A stretch of 49,357 bases of DNA from a virus. The stretch covers positions 1-49,357 of IMG/VR virus record IMGVR_UViG_3300012582_000001; one strand, given 5' to 3'. The notes under the pieces were generated by a model that was given only the letters and a program-made list of their open reading frames with translations, made no database searches and was not told the DNA's origin. Numbering within the stretch: position 1 is the first letter of the stretch; each line of letters starts with the position of its first letter. This document shows positions 30,838 to 40,986 of this stretch, piece after piece. A program made the position numbers and the translations under genes.

Positions 30838-31602
30838 TTATACCCTGATAATATCAGAGTAATTTAAAGTCCTGCCCGCCTTGCTTTGGCCATAACTGAC
30901 ATATCCTTCTCTTAAAATATCATTTTGTATTGAATTAATAGATTCTCCATACTTAGCATAAGAAAAATAAGGTGAATCATATTTCATTATGGCGTATATG
31001 AATACTCCCATAGGATCCGGCAAAACATTTTTTTGTAAGATAACGCTAACCAATAAACTTTTTGAACTTTCGATAAAATAAATTAAATCCATATTGCCTG
31101 ATGAGCTGGCAATAATATCGGTTCCAAAGAAGTTATATAGCAAGTTATCAATTTCTTTATGTGTGGCTCTTGAGCTGTTAGAAATTACTTTTATTTTTAG
31201 AAGTAATCTATAATCTTCGTCATCCAAAAGTTGGTCATTTGAGATAATATCAGAATATGTAAGGACGCCTCCCGCCTTGCTTTGGCCATAACTAACATAT
31301 CCTTGTTGGCCACTACCAGAAATATCTTGACCGTAAGGTAAATATCCAAATAAATTATCTGGAAAATCCTGTCCCTGATAGGATCTGTTAACTCCAATAT
31401 ATTGACCTAAAATATCTAATTGTTTGCCAACTGCGCTATTGAGATCATATCCCCCTTCTACCGAAAATTGTATATTATCAATTGCCAAAACATTGGCATT
31501 TAAAGCGATCGTAGCTGTCGCTTTTGGTTTTGCCTTATATTGGATAATTAATAAACCAACATAATATTTTACAATATTATCTATTGAAATCGGTGCAGAC
31601 AT
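30838..31602 (-). CDS. Baseplate wedge/tail protein (DUF2612-like, gpI position)
   Basis: The N-terminus YYVGLLIIQYKAKPKATATI resembles the DUF2612 signature as I recall it. It follows the J-like gene. Confidence 0.5.
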   Translation of the reverse strand: MSAPISIDNIVKYYVGLLIIQYKAKPKATATIALNANVLAIDNIQFSVEGGYDLNSAVGKQLDILGQYIGVNRSYQGQDFPDNLFGYLPYGQDISGSGQQGYVSYGQSKAGGVLTYSDIISNDQLLDDEDYRLLLKIKVISNSSRATHKEIDNLLYNFFGTDIIASSSGNMDLIYFIESSKSLLVSVILQKNVLPDPMGVFIYAIMKYDSPYFSYAKYGESINSIQNDILREGYVSYGQSKAGRTLNYSDIIRV

Positions 31603-31603
31603 A

Positions 31604-32803
31604 TTAAATTACAGTTATGGTTATATTTGCCTCATCTAAAACCCATTTATTTTGAATTGTAGCAGTATCTAAATAATCAACCCATGTTGTGCCATTAACA
31701 GAGATTTGTGCATCAAGAGGGATCCCCTGACCACCACTATTGATTATTGCAAGGTTAGACTGGTATGTGAGGCTTGAACTATCTGCATATTGCCCAATGG
31801 TATATATTTGATTATTGGCAATAAAAGTTTTAATTGCCGTTAAATCAAAACTTTGACCTGCTTTTGTAGATTTAAGATTAAATTTGTAAAACAAAGTCTC
31901 GCTGATTGGTCTATCAAATTTTGCAGTAAAGGTTTGATTTTGGATTGTTGTGATATCAAAAGTGGTAGATCCTTTCATTCCACAACCTTCATTTAAATCG
32001 GCATATATTATTTGTGCAATATCAGCATCTGCCCCACCATCTACAATAGCCCAGATTGAATGCCCCGGTATAGAGTTAGAATCGGTTGAGCTGGTTTTAT
32101 TTTCATAAACCTTGGCATCAACAACGTTCAATATATTCAGTAAATCAGCATACATTCCATCAAGAGAAGATGTCGCTTTAGTGGCAAAAGATCTTGCAAA
32201 TCTTAATCTAAATGCCGCATCAGTTTCTGCATTAGCTCCTAATGTTGAGGCTCCGGTAGGATTATTGATAGTGGTAACTCCCAATACCACCGTAACTGGC
32301 AATGTAATTGTGTCTGGGGCGCTATTAATTGCACCTAAAAGCTGCGAGCGAAAAGTATAATTATATGTTCCTGGCGCAACTGGGCTTTGAGAATCAAGCA
32401 ATATCCAATTATTACCTAAATTATCCATTATTGTATACCCAATGCCGTTAGCATTATTTGCATTAGCATCAAGCCCTTGCAATGTTAATGCTCTATCAAC
32501 AGTAATATTAATTTGGATATTAGAGTAGGTAGCACCATTGCGGATAATGCCATTATTATAATATAATCTATCTTGCTGCGGCCCTATTGCCGTCATTGGA
32601 TCAAAGGCATTATTAATATTTTGCAAAACCTCTAAAGTGTCTCTGGCTTGCTGGGCATAAATATTAATGTTTTGGCCGTCAGGTGAATTGCTATCGACAT
32701 TAATATCGGCGCCATAAATTGCTTTATTTCCATCCGTAAGTTTTGTAATAATTTCCGGTAAAGTTTCGATTGTTAAACCGGTTGCATCAAAAGTATTTGG
32801 CAT
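31604..32803 (-). CDS. Baseplate J-like protein
   Basis: 399 aa, positioned between the W-like and gpI-like genes as in P2/Mu baseplate operons. Confidence 0.6.
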   Translation of the reverse strand: MPNTFDATGLTIETLPEIITKLTDGNKAIYGADINVDSNSPDGQNINIYAQQARDTLEVLQNINNAFDPMTAIGPQQDRLYYNNGIIRNGATYSNIQINITVDRALTLQGLDANANNANGIGYTIMDNLGNNWILLDSQSPVAPGTYNYTFRSQLLGAINSAPDTITLPVTVVLGVTTINNPTGASTLGANAETDAAFRLRFARSFATKATSSLDGMYADLLNILNVVDAKVYENKTSSTDSNSIPGHSIWAIVDGGADADIAQIIYADLNEGCGMKGSTTFDITTIQNQTFTAKFDRPISETLFYKFNLKSTKAGQSFDLTAIKTFIANNQIYTIGQYADSSSLTYQSNLAIINSGGQGIPLDAQISVNGTTWVDYLDTATIQNKWVLDEANITITVI

Positions 32804-32808
32804 ATTTT

Positions 32809-33159
32809 TTAAGAATTATTTGTTGTAATTGCTTGAGCATTTTGAGAAAAAATGGTCTCAATTGAATATTGGGTAGTAAAATTTCGATCCTGAAGATCAA
32901 CGTTTAATTCGATCAAATTTACCACTCCATAACAGCTTAATATTAAGCTGGTAAGCTCTTGGCGCAAAACTTCTTTCTGATTAAATCCAAATCTGTTAAT
33001 CCAATCAATGCCCGCAAGTTGATTGAAAAAACAATCTCCTACCCATTCCAATATTTTAGTTTGGATATTTTGCATTATGGCATCTTGTTGAACTTTGTAA
33101 GCATTAAGGCCATTGCCAAAAACCCAGTCACCACCATTATCTAATCCACGAATTATCAT
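32809..33159 (-). CDS. Baseplate protein, gpW/gp25-like
   Basis: 116 aa, downstream of and overlapping the spike gene. Called from size and order. Confidence 0.5.
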   Translation of the reverse strand: MIIRGLDNGGDWVFGNGLNAYKVQQDAIMQNIQTKILEWVGDCFFNQLAGIDWINRFGFNQKEVLRQELTSLILSCYGVVNLIELNVDLQDRNFTTQYSIETIFSQNAQAITTNNS

Positions 33160-33851
33160 TTTAAAAGCGCATCAAATTGAGTTTGTAAATTTGTAAGGGA
33201 GGTCGTGGTTGCTGGCGTTATAGGTAAGTTGCCAGAAATAGGATCAACAACCTGCAATGATTTTATAACTGAAATTAAACTATCAATTAAAGTTTTTAAA
33301 TTTTGGGTCTGATTTGATATTCCCACTTTATCATCAAGCGAGACAACCGATTGCCTAACTCCTGCTTCGGATATAAAATCCATCTCTGTGGCATTATTAT
33401 TGTAATTTGCTATTGAATTAATGTAAGAATGTAATCCCACTATTGCATAAGCGTCGGTAATATGATGCACCCTAGCATTGACTGGAACTTGATAACCACC
33501 AGCTATTTGCCAATTATCTAAATTACGATCATTAAAAAGTACGCTGCATTCATCGCCCACTCTAATTGGATAAGTATAACCTCCTCCTTTTCCTTTCAAA
33601 ATAATTACCGGACAGTTAACCAAAGGCGTAATTTTAAAAGAATCATTACCTGAAAATGTTGGCCTAGTCCAGGCATCAACCAGCTCTACTGTTGCGGTTT
33701 GTTTATTTGCATTAAAACTTTGTATTATCCCGACTTTGTGGCAATGAAGATTATAAAAAATATCTTTTTTCAAGGCGTCGAGGGTATTATCAAAAGTGGG
33801 TTCTGAAATTGTTGGCAAAAATTGTTCTTGAAGAACTTTTGAATCTATCAT
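33156..33851 (-). CDS. Baseplate central spike (gpV / Gp138_N-like OB fold)
   Basis: GIIQSFNANKQTATVELV ... PLVNCPVIILKGKGGGYTYPIRVGDECSVLFNDRNLDNW matches the spike N-domain pattern. Confidence 0.7.
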   Translation of the reverse strand: MIDSKVLQEQFLPTISEPTFDNTLDALKKDIFYNLHCHKVGIIQSFNANKQTATVELVDAWTRPTFSGNDSFKITPLVNCPVIILKGKGGGYTYPIRVGDECSVLFNDRNLDNWQIAGGYQVPVNARVHHITDAYAIVGLHSYINSIANYNNNATEMDFISEAGVRQSVVSLDDKVGISNQTQNLKTLIDSLISVIKSLQVVDPISGNLPITPATTTSLTNLQTQFDALLK

Positions 33852-34756
33852 TGTATTTGCTTAAAACCGTTTACTAAATTAACTCCAATCCATAACTGCA
33901 ATGTTGTTGTTAATGGGCCATTAACTGCGCCAGAAATAATACCTTTATGCTTTATTCCCATAACTTTATATTGGCCATTAAATCTAGGATCTGTTTCAGA
34001 TTTTATTTCAACTAACTGCGCGAGGTTAATTTGTGGTTCAAATATCATCGTAACTTCAATGAAAGTATCTCTTCTCATAGGAGTGCCAAGCAAGCCAGTC
34101 TCTGAGCTAATTAAAAATATATCATTGGGTCCTAGAGTTTTAATAACTTCATCTATTTTAACTAAGTTAATTCGATCTAAATCAACAAATACAGCAACTC
34201 CAAATTCGCTTAAAATATTAAAAGAATCACCTAAGGCTGAATAACCAGTTTGGAAAGTTCCATCAATTTGAGTTATTGCACCTTTTTTGATATCGCCTCC
34301 TGCCACAAGCTGATTAACAACATAATCAACAATATGCTGAGAAGGTGTATTCGCACTAAAACTCTGATTTATGAAAGTATTGTAGCGACCAAATGCTCCG
34401 CTCATGGCATAAATACTTGTTACCATTTCAGTTCCGACTCTTTCTGAATAGCCTTCTAATATCGAACCGACAAAAATAGTATTAATATTTTGTCCATATC
34501 CAGCATCTAACCTAATTTGGCGGAACTGCCCTCCGCTTCCAAAACTTTGAATATTAAATCTGTCTTTGACTAATTTTGCCTTTGTTGTTTCGGCCAAATT
34601 TATAATTTGCAAATTCAATGAATTTTCTCCTCCTATCGATCTTGAAACCTCAAAATTAATGGTAAGAGGATATGCAATTTCAATGGCCGTATCTGCCGGA
34701 GTTATACCATTTGGGTTATCTTGAATTGTTAATTTATAATTTCTATCAAATTTCAT
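33848..34756 (-). CDS. Baseplate hub protein (gpD/gp44/XkdQ-like)
   Basis: 302 aa, immediately upstream of the spike gene. The N-terminal beta-rich segment LTINFEVSRSIGGENSLNLQIINL is hub-like. Confidence 0.5.
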   Translation of the reverse strand: MKFDRNYKLTIQDNPNGITPADTAIEIAYPLTINFEVSRSIGGENSLNLQIINLAETTKAKLVKDRFNIQSFGSGGQFRQIRLDAGYGQNINTIFVGSILEGYSERVGTEMVTSIYAMSGAFGRYNTFINQSFSANTPSQHIVDYVVNQLVAGGDIKKGAITQIDGTFQTGYSALGDSFNILSEFGVAVFVDLDRINLVKIDEVIKTLGPNDIFLISSETGLLGTPMRRDTFIEVTMIFEPQINLAQLVEIKSETDPRFNGQYKVMGIKHKGIISGAVNGPLTTTLQLWIGVNLVNGFKQIQ

Positions 34757-35090
34757 AAAGCGTCTTCTCCAACTGAGTTACTTCATCCAATGTCATTGTA
34801 TATAGCTTTATTCTTCCTGATTTGAAATCATCAAGCAAAAAAGGATCAACTTGCGGATCATCGCAAATACAAGCCATTCCGAAAGGAAGATATGCAATAA
34901 ATCTTCTTAAAAGACTTGGATCTAAAACCAATCTTTGTCCGTTTAATGAAAAGTTGTTATAAGCTAAAGAAAAAAACCAAGATTGTTGGTTTGGCATATA
35001 TTCCAAAGATAAAGTAAAAACCTTGTTATCTTCAGTAGTTACCTGGAATTGTTGCTTATAATCATCGGAAATTTCTGTTAATAATCTCAT
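34746..35090 (-). CDS. Tail/baseplate-associated hypothetical protein
   Basis: 114-aa ORF between post-tape-measure genes. Confidence 0.5.
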   Translation of the reverse strand: MRLLTEISDDYKQQFQVTTEDNKVFTLSLEYMPNQQSWFFSLAYNNFSLNGQRLVLDPSLLRRFIAYLPFGMACICDDPQVDPFLLDDFKSGRIKLYTMTLDEVTQLEKTLYEI

Positions 35091-35106
35091 ACTTTAAAAT
35101 AAGTTT

Positions 35107-35907
35107 TTAATTAAAGAATTTTTTAATTGTTGAAACAAAATCAGCTCCAATTCCTTGAGTATTACCTTTGTTGGCAGTTAAAGATTGCTGTGCTGCTGTG
35201 CGCCCTTGATACTTTTTTGAATCGAAAGCTACTGTTTTTGTTGTAACCGTTCTGAATTGCTTCATAGTAAATTCAACCTCACTATAACCTTCAGTCTTTT
35301 CTGGTTGAAAAAAGAAGAAATTCTTTATTACATAATTTGCCTTGAATCCATAAGGGGTGTTAAAACTTATTAATTGCCTGGCATTTCGAAGAGCAAGAAA
35401 ATAGTTATACGCTTTAGCTTGTTGAGTTTTGGGCGGATTAATTTTCTGGAAGGTTTGATATAAATCAATACCCGCGCCTAAAGAAGCATTTAAGTAATCT
35501 ATTAATCCACCGCCTGCCTTACCATTGATAATACTGGTTTGTAATTGCTTCATCGTGTCACTTATTATCGGCAAAAAACCGGATATTGTGGTTAGCTTTT
35601 GCGCTAATTTTTGGATCTGGCTTTGTGATTTAGTATTTTGATAAACCAATTCTCCAACGAAGCCAGTAATGACATACATTTCAGGCTTAAGGGCAATATG
35701 ATCTTGAACAGCAATGTTTTTCTCTACATAATGATCCGTGATATCGGAATCAAATTCTGATTTTTCAGTTTTAGTTATTGTTAAATTAAACCCAGCAATT
35801 CCTAACTGAGCAATTGGCGCAACAATATATTGATTAACTAGCGCAGAAGCTGTGTCGGTTCCATTAATAATTGTATCTGAACTGGGGATCTGATCTGGGA
35901 GAATCAT
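35107..35907 (-). CDS. Distal tail / baseplate-associated protein (post-tape-measure position)
   Basis: 266 aa. Its start codon abuts the tape-measure stop. Confidence 0.5.
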   Translation of the reverse strand: MILPDQIPSSDTIINGTDTASALVNQYIVAPIAQLGIAGFNLTITKTEKSEFDSDITDHYVEKNIAVQDHIALKPEMYVITGFVGELVYQNTKSQSQIQKLAQKLTTISGFLPIISDTMKQLQTSIINGKAGGGLIDYLNASLGAGIDLYQTFQKINPPKTQQAKAYNYFLALRNARQLISFNTPYGFKANYVIKNFFFFQPEKTEGYSEVEFTMKQFRTVTTKTVAFDSKKYQGRTAAQQSLTANKGNTQGIGADFVSTIKKFFN

Positions 35908-37484
35908 TAAAAACCTCCCTTTTGAATATTGTAAGTACTATGAACTTTTTTTCCGCTATTTTCTATTGATCTAGCGATTTTAGGTATATCATTTTTGTTA
36001 ATTTCTCCGGCATTAATATTGGTAACTACCGAATTATTATTTGTAATGGTGCCAGATTTATTGTTTTTACCCCAATCAATTGTGGTGGATTCATCAAAAG
36101 CTTTATACTTTTTTGGATCAGAATCATATTCTGCCCTTGCAAAATTCCTTGCATCTTCCATTTGTTCACGCGTCATAGGCTTTCCATTAAGCCAAGCACC
36201 TTCTTGGAAAGTCATCCTTCTGATATTTGCTTCAACAAGGCCATTAATTTCTTTTTTTGTTTTTTCCTCTGCCTCCTTCTCTGCATCCCTTTCTTCATCA
36301 GACTTTCCTAAAGATTTGACACCAAAATAGCCACCAACAGCACTTCCTACCGCTGCGGCTGCTACTGGGCTCTTTGTAAGAAATAAAGTGCCTGCAGCAG
36401 CAATCCCGCCAATAATTAATGCTTTCTTTTTTGCCTCTGATATTTCCTTCTCTTTTCCCTCTGGATGCAAGACGGTATCAATAGCCTTGGTTAATGTAGG
36501 CGATATCTCAGCTAAAATTTTTGCTTTGAGATTATCGAAAGCAATCCCTAATTCATTAATCGATTTTGCAAGCTTAACATTTGCATCTATAGTTTTTTGA
36601 GAATTTATAGGAATATTGCCAGCTTTTGCAAAATCAGCATCACTAAATTTACTTTTATTTAGTGCATTGGCAGCCGCAGGATCGATACCTAAGCCACCCA
36701 AAAGACTACTAAAAATATCCGGACTGATAAAATTAGATTGATCGCGTATGGATTGTAAAACTTTGATCGCCGATCTTTCGCCAGGATTTAATCCTAATTG
36801 CGATAATGGCCCAACCAGCTCACCAGTTAAAGCGTTTGCTGCTAACTTAGATTGTAAATTACCAATTATTCCAATAGCATCTTCACCGCCCAAAGCAGGA
36901 TTAGCTTGAGTTAAGATATTGCGCCAGCGCTGCAAATCACCAGAAGCAATGCCTTGCTGTGCATTAAGATTAGAAATAGATGTTGCTTGAGATGAAGCAA
37001 ATTTCCCCGCGCCAATAAGGCCAGCAATACCCCCAACAGAGCCAATTGCTATTTTTCCAAGAGTTGCAAAACCACTGCGGATTGTACTAAAGAATTTTTC
37101 ATTAGCTTTTTGAGCTTCTTTTCTTCTTTTTTTATTTTCCTTTTCTTCTTTTTCTTTTTCTTTCCTTTCCTTATTCTGATAAAAATAATCTATCTTGGAA
37201 TTTTGCATTGCGATTTTTCTATTCCCAAGCTCTACCTTTGAGAAATTAAGTTTTTCGCGCGCAATTTGTAAATCAGTTTTGTCTTTTGGAGATCTTACTT
37301 GTCCGGCAACAGATGAAACAGAAGAAGAGCTTTTGAATTTTAAGCCTGAATCAGTATTTTTTAGGTTTTTGTTTAGATTTGAAATTGCAGCATCAAGAGA
37401 TTTGACTTTGCTTATTGTTGCATCAAGGCTTTTGGTATCGCCGCCTATCTTTATATCTAAGGTAATATCGCCGATAGATGACAT
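35907..37484 (-). CDS. Tail tape measure protein
   Basis: 525 aa. Coiled-coil, Lys/Glu-rich and Gly/Ala-rich hydrophobic segments. Follows the chaperone frameshift pair. Confidence 0.8.
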   Translation of the reverse strand: MSSIGDITLDIKIGGDTKSLDATISKVKSLDAAISNLNKNLKNTDSGLKFKSSSSVSSVAGQVRSPKDKTDLQIAREKLNFSKVELGNRKIAMQNSKIDYFYQNKERKEKEKEEKENKKRRKEAQKANEKFFSTIRSGFATLGKIAIGSVGGIAGLIGAGKFASSQATSISNLNAQQGIASGDLQRWRNILTQANPALGGEDAIGIIGNLQSKLAANALTGELVGPLSQLGLNPGERSAIKVLQSIRDQSNFISPDIFSSLLGGLGIDPAAANALNKSKFSDADFAKAGNIPINSQKTIDANVKLAKSINELGIAFDNLKAKILAEISPTLTKAIDTVLHPEGKEKEISEAKKKALIIGGIAAAGTLFLTKSPVAAAAVGSAVGGYFGVKSLGKSDEERDAEKEAEEKTKKEINGLVEANIRRMTFQEGAWLNGKPMTREQMEDARNFARAEYDSDPKKYKAFDESTTIDWGKNNKSGTITNNNSVVTNINAGEINKNDIPKIARSIENSGKKVHSTYNIQKGGF

Positions 37485-37485
37485 T

Positions 37486-38147
37486 TTAAAAATCTATTAA
37501 TTCTTGTTTTAAATTAAAACTCTCTATTTTGTGATCGTTTATAAAATCCTGATAATTAATCATTTTTAAAACCCACTTTACAGACATCTTGGCAATTAAT
37601 TCGGGATTCCCATTGCACCATCCATTATGAGCAAGCCTTAAGCAGATCCTATCTAAAAGGGGCATCTCATCTACAAAATCAACTTTTGGGCCAGTTCTAT
37701 CACCACCTCTCCCTGATCTTTTGACCCTTAGATTAGGAAGGAAAAAAAAGGCAATACATTTTCCTTTAAAACCGCTATAAAAATAGGATTATAATCTCCT
37801 CTAGCTTCTTTCTTTTCAAAAGTATCTTTAGTAATTTTTGCATCATTATAAGTGCAGCGGATAAGGCATTCCATAACCTTCTCGCGAACTTTCTTTGAAG
37901 ATTTAATTGCCAGTATTGCTTGCCCAACACCCTCTAAAGCTAAATAATCTATCCAGTAAATCGCATCAATCCCATTCTTTTGCTTTTCGGCAATCATGTT
38001 AGAATAGCTCTTAACCAGTTTGGTAAAGCTGATATTGTGAGGCAATAAAGCAATATCAATTTCGTCATGTAAGCCTAAAGCTATTTCTAATGGGGCGTCA
38101 TTGATTACTACTTTTGCTCCACTGGGTACTAATATTTCTGTTGTCAT
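37486..38147 (-). CDS. Tail assembly chaperone -1 frameshift fusion product (gpGT-like, about 220 aa)
   Basis: Hand-translated. After CCT TTT TTT the -1 frame is open for 85 codons (FLPNLRVKRSGRGGDRTGPKVDFVDEMPLLDRICLRLAHNGWCNG...QELIDF) and stops 1 nt before the tape-measure ATG. Confidence 0.6.
37728..38147 (-). CDS. Tail assembly chaperone, zero-frame product (gpG-like)
   Basis: 139 aa between the tube and tape-measure genes. Ends just after a T8 slippery run. Confidence 0.65.
   Translation of the reverse strand: MTTEILVPSGAKVVINDAPLEIALGLHDEIDIALLPHNISFTKLVKSYSNMIAEKQKNGIDAIYWIDYLALEGVGQAILAIKSSKKVREKVMECLIRCTYNDAKITKDTFEKKEARGDYNPIFIAVLKENVLPFFSFLI
37742..37749 (-). other. Slippery T8 tract (T TTT TTT) for the programmed -1 frameshift
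   Basis: Eight consecutive A on the plus strand. The zero frame reads CCT TTT TTT TCC. Confidence 0.6.
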
Positions 38148-38153
38148 TATCAG

Positions 38154-38621
38154 TTATTGAAAATTAACATTGGAATCTACGAACTCTATCGAATAGCTTG
38201 AAATGGCCTGATTTGCATCTCCTGAAACGTTATATGCACTATCAGATTGTTTCATGATATTTCCGCCTAAACAGCTATAAACTTTGCTATTAACATTTCC
38301 TTTTCCATCACCAAGAGTTTTATTAAAAACGGCTGATAACAATATAAATTCGGTTGGATTGTTTTTATAGAATGTTTCTAAAGCGCTTAGATATTTATCG
38401 TCTGGCGATCCGGTTAAGACCCTTAAAGTCATATCAATTGCGTTACCTTCGGCATTAAAAGCAAAAATACCATTTGCATTTTTACCAACCATTCTAGTGC
38501 TATTGGCATTTGGTTTTGATATAACAGCAACATCTCCGTTAGGAAAATCTGCCAATGTACGTGAATCTTCACCTTGTTGAAGGGTGATTGTATCATCACC
38601 GGTTAAATAAAAGTTTCCCAT
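38154..38621 (-). CDS. Tail tube protein
   Basis: 155 aa, directly downstream of the sheath gene. Confidence 0.6.
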   Translation of the reverse strand: MGNFYLTGDDTITLQQGEDSRTLADFPNGDVAVISKPNANSTRMVGKNANGIFAFNAEGNAIDMTLRVLTGSPDDKYLSALETFYKNNPTEFILLSAVFNKTLGDGKGNVNSKVYSCLGGNIMKQSDSAYNVSGDANQAISSYSIEFVDSNVNFQ

Positions 38622-38648
38622 ATATTTCCTTTCTTTTTTTTAAAATAA

Positions 38649-40130
38649 TTAAGCTTCTACTAAAGCCAAAACGTCAACATGCTGAGTTGCGCCAGCTCTT
38701 TTAATGGCTATTTGAATAGTTGGAGATATTCTTGCCTCTCTGTCATTTTGTGATTGCTGAGAGATAGGTAGGCTATAAACAAAATAACCAACAGCGGTAA
38801 TGCTAGCTTTTAATGTTTCTGGATCACCAAAAGTTTGAGATGAATTCCATTGCAAGCCAACACCAATATATCCTACGGTTACACCTTGTTTTAATATTGT
38901 AACAATGACTGATTTCAAATAAGTCATGCCTTTTTCAGTTTGTGGAACCTTGGTAGAAGTGGTTGCTAAAGCATTAAATCCTGCAATTTGTAAAGCAAAT
39001 TGAAGCCATAAGTCCCCATATACTTCATCAAAATATAAACCGGTACTTCCATATCTATTACAACTCATTCCTGCGATTCCAAAATCATCATAGGTATCAA
39101 CACCAGCGGCCTTGGCAGCATCATAAATTGTTTGTGTTATTCCATCATCAGCACTTAAACCAACAAGATTTTTCAAAAACATTACAGAAAATGTATTGGA
39201 ACCAGAAAAATTTACTGAACAAGCTCTGCCTACATAAGCAGCGCGAAGCAAATTAGAAGTGGTAAGATTAGAGGTATATAATAAACATTTTGTATTAAAA
39301 TAACTTGCAGCGCCAATTGATGAACATATTCCGGCAATATCTGCGGTTGAAACTGAAGAATGAACAAATATTTTACCTAGAGGCTGATTTGCTGCTGCGG
39401 TTGCTAAATATACTGTATCTTCTATTTCAAGATTAGTAAACCAACCTACAAATTGAACAAGAGCAGATACTCTTAATAAAGCGGCTGCCAATGTTTCCCC
39501 AGAAGAATTAACCCCATTAGTTTCAACACCTGTTGCAGTATGCAATAATCCTGCCACTGATAAATCGGTTCCGGTTCCGGCTGGAAGCGCAAGAGCAACT
39601 ACCGTGGATGTAGTACCAACCTTTTTAGATGTAATAGTTATTGTTGTGCTATTAGAAGTAATAATCGCATTTGGTAACTTTCTTTGCAAAATAACAACGA
39701 TATCCGCAAGGGTAGTGCATCCAGTTAAATTAATCCCGGTTAGATCATAATTTACCGCATCCACCGTTACTCTCAAATCGCCATTACTAACTGCAATTAA
39801 TGCCGCTAAATTGGCGCTAATATCTGGCGTTACCCACTTTCCAGAGGTCGCTTTTACTGCTGCGATCATAGGAGCTATTACCAATCTACCGCCCCCACTT
39901 AAAATATTGGGTGATTGAGAAAATAAGGCATTAGCCATTTTAAAAGTTTCCGAATTGCTTCCATAATCAGTTGCAACATCTCTTGAATTTAGATAAATCC
40001 GGAAAGTGTCAATATTACTAGGAATTTCATTGGTTAAAAAACCAACACTATTCATATTAACATTTGATAAACCTTTGGGAACCCCAGTTAAACTAACATT
40101 TACAATATTTGATAGATCTAAAACAGTCAT
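38649..40130 (-). CDS. Contractile tail sheath protein (DUF3383-like)
   Basis: 493 aa, upstream of the tube-chaperone-tape measure genes. Called from order and size. Confidence 0.65.
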   Translation of the reverse strand: MTVLDLSNIVNVSLTGVPKGLSNVNMNSVGFLTNEIPSNIDTFRIYLNSRDVATDYGSNSETFKMANALFSQSPNILSGGGRLVIAPMIAAVKATSGKWVTPDISANLAALIAVSNGDLRVTVDAVNYDLTGINLTGCTTLADIVVILQRKLPNAIITSNSTTITITSKKVGTTSTVVALALPAGTGTDLSVAGLLHTATGVETNGVNSSGETLAAALLRVSALVQFVGWFTNLEIEDTVYLATAAANQPLGKIFVHSSVSTADIAGICSSIGAASYFNTKCLLYTSNLTTSNLLRAAYVGRACSVNFSGSNTFSVMFLKNLVGLSADDGITQTIYDAAKAAGVDTYDDFGIAGMSCNRYGSTGLYFDEVYGDLWLQFALQIAGFNALATTSTKVPQTEKGMTYLKSVIVTILKQGVTVGYIGVGLQWNSSQTFGDPETLKASITAVGYFVYSLPISQQSQNDREARISPTIQIAIKRAGATQHVDVLALVEA

Positions 40131-40141
40131 ATAATTACCTT

Positions 40142-40645
40142 TTAAGAGTTAAAAATTTCGGAAGCTGGGAATTGGTCATAATATTCAATAATTTTAGTGT
40201 TTGTGTACCAAGTTAAAATAGTCGTATCAATTACAAATTTATTCAGCATGGATCCTCCATCTTGCTGAGAAACATTGTTTAATCTGTGTGCAACCTTAGC
40301 AATTTTAAAACTATAAATTTCTTGCTGCCGTAATGAGTAATTAGCTGCCAATGCCGCAATAATTTCTTCTTTTCTTGTCCTTGCCGTTGAATCCCTAGAA
40401 AATATATCTATGGAAAACATTTCTTGGTTCTGGACTGTTACCGTTTCTTGATAATCACCTAAATCACTAACAGAATTATCAGTTGTAACCGAGTAAGGCT
40501 TTGATGCTAAAAAATCCACCACCACAAAAACTCCATTTGTATTTGGCATAACTTTAGCAGAGTTATATTGCCAAATTTGATCATTCGTTAAACCCATATA
40601 GGTACGAATTATATCAATAATTATAGCTATTGGATCTTTAGTCAT
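40142..40645 (-). CDS. Tail terminator / head-tail connector candidate
   Basis: 167 aa, immediately upstream of the sheath gene. Confidence 0.4.
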   Translation of the reverse strand: MTKDPIAIIIDIIRTYMGLTNDQIWQYNSAKVMPNTNGVFVVVDFLASKPYSVTTDNSVSDLGDYQETVTVQNQEMFSIDIFSRDSTARTRKEEIIAALAANYSLRQQEIYSFKIAKVAHRLNNVSQQDGGSMLNKFVIDTTILTWYTNTKIIEYYDQFPASEIFNS

Positions 40646-40986
40646 CCTTGGTAATCCTCAACTAAGTGATATTCATAATATCCATTAATGCTGTAATCAT
40701 TAAGCAGCATCACCTTATAGTTTTTACCGCTATAACTTATCAAATCATTATCATTTACAACCTTACCCAATTGATAAGGAGTATGAATTTGAAGCCAAGA
40801 CCAGAATCTTTCACCTTGAGCAGAAACAACCATTTTCTGCGGCATCAAAGGCTGTATTGTTCCTTCAAAATTAATTGGCGTTTGCGTATTAACTAAAACA
40901 CCATTATTATCAACAGCCTGCGTTATTTTTATTAACGTTATAGATTGTGTCCATCCCGTAAAAGCATCTTGTATTACCGGCATCAT
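40642..40986 (-). CDS. Head closure / head-tail adaptor candidate
   Basis: 114 aa with 4-nt overlaps in the connector cluster. Confidence 0.4.
   Translation of the reverse strand: MMPVIQDAFTGWTQSITLIKITQAVDNNGVLVNTQTPINFEGTIQPLMPQKMVVSAQGERFWSWLQIHTPYQLGKVVNDNDLISYSGKNYKVMLLNDYSINGYYEYHLVEDYQG

Noticed and set aside
31197-31397. Minus-strand out-of-frame ORF inside the DUF2612-like gene, plus similar internal ORFs (32112..32360, 34059..34447, 35995..37500, 40666..41445, 43382..43594, 45743..46030, 47435..48183)
   Set aside because: All are embedded in longer ORFs that fit the syntenic structural module. None has independent support.
25478-31602. Diversity-generating retroelement acting on the fibre or baseplate repeats
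   Set aside because: No reverse transcriptase ORF exists anywhere in the genome. The repeat mismatches are not adenine-specific as far as I can see.
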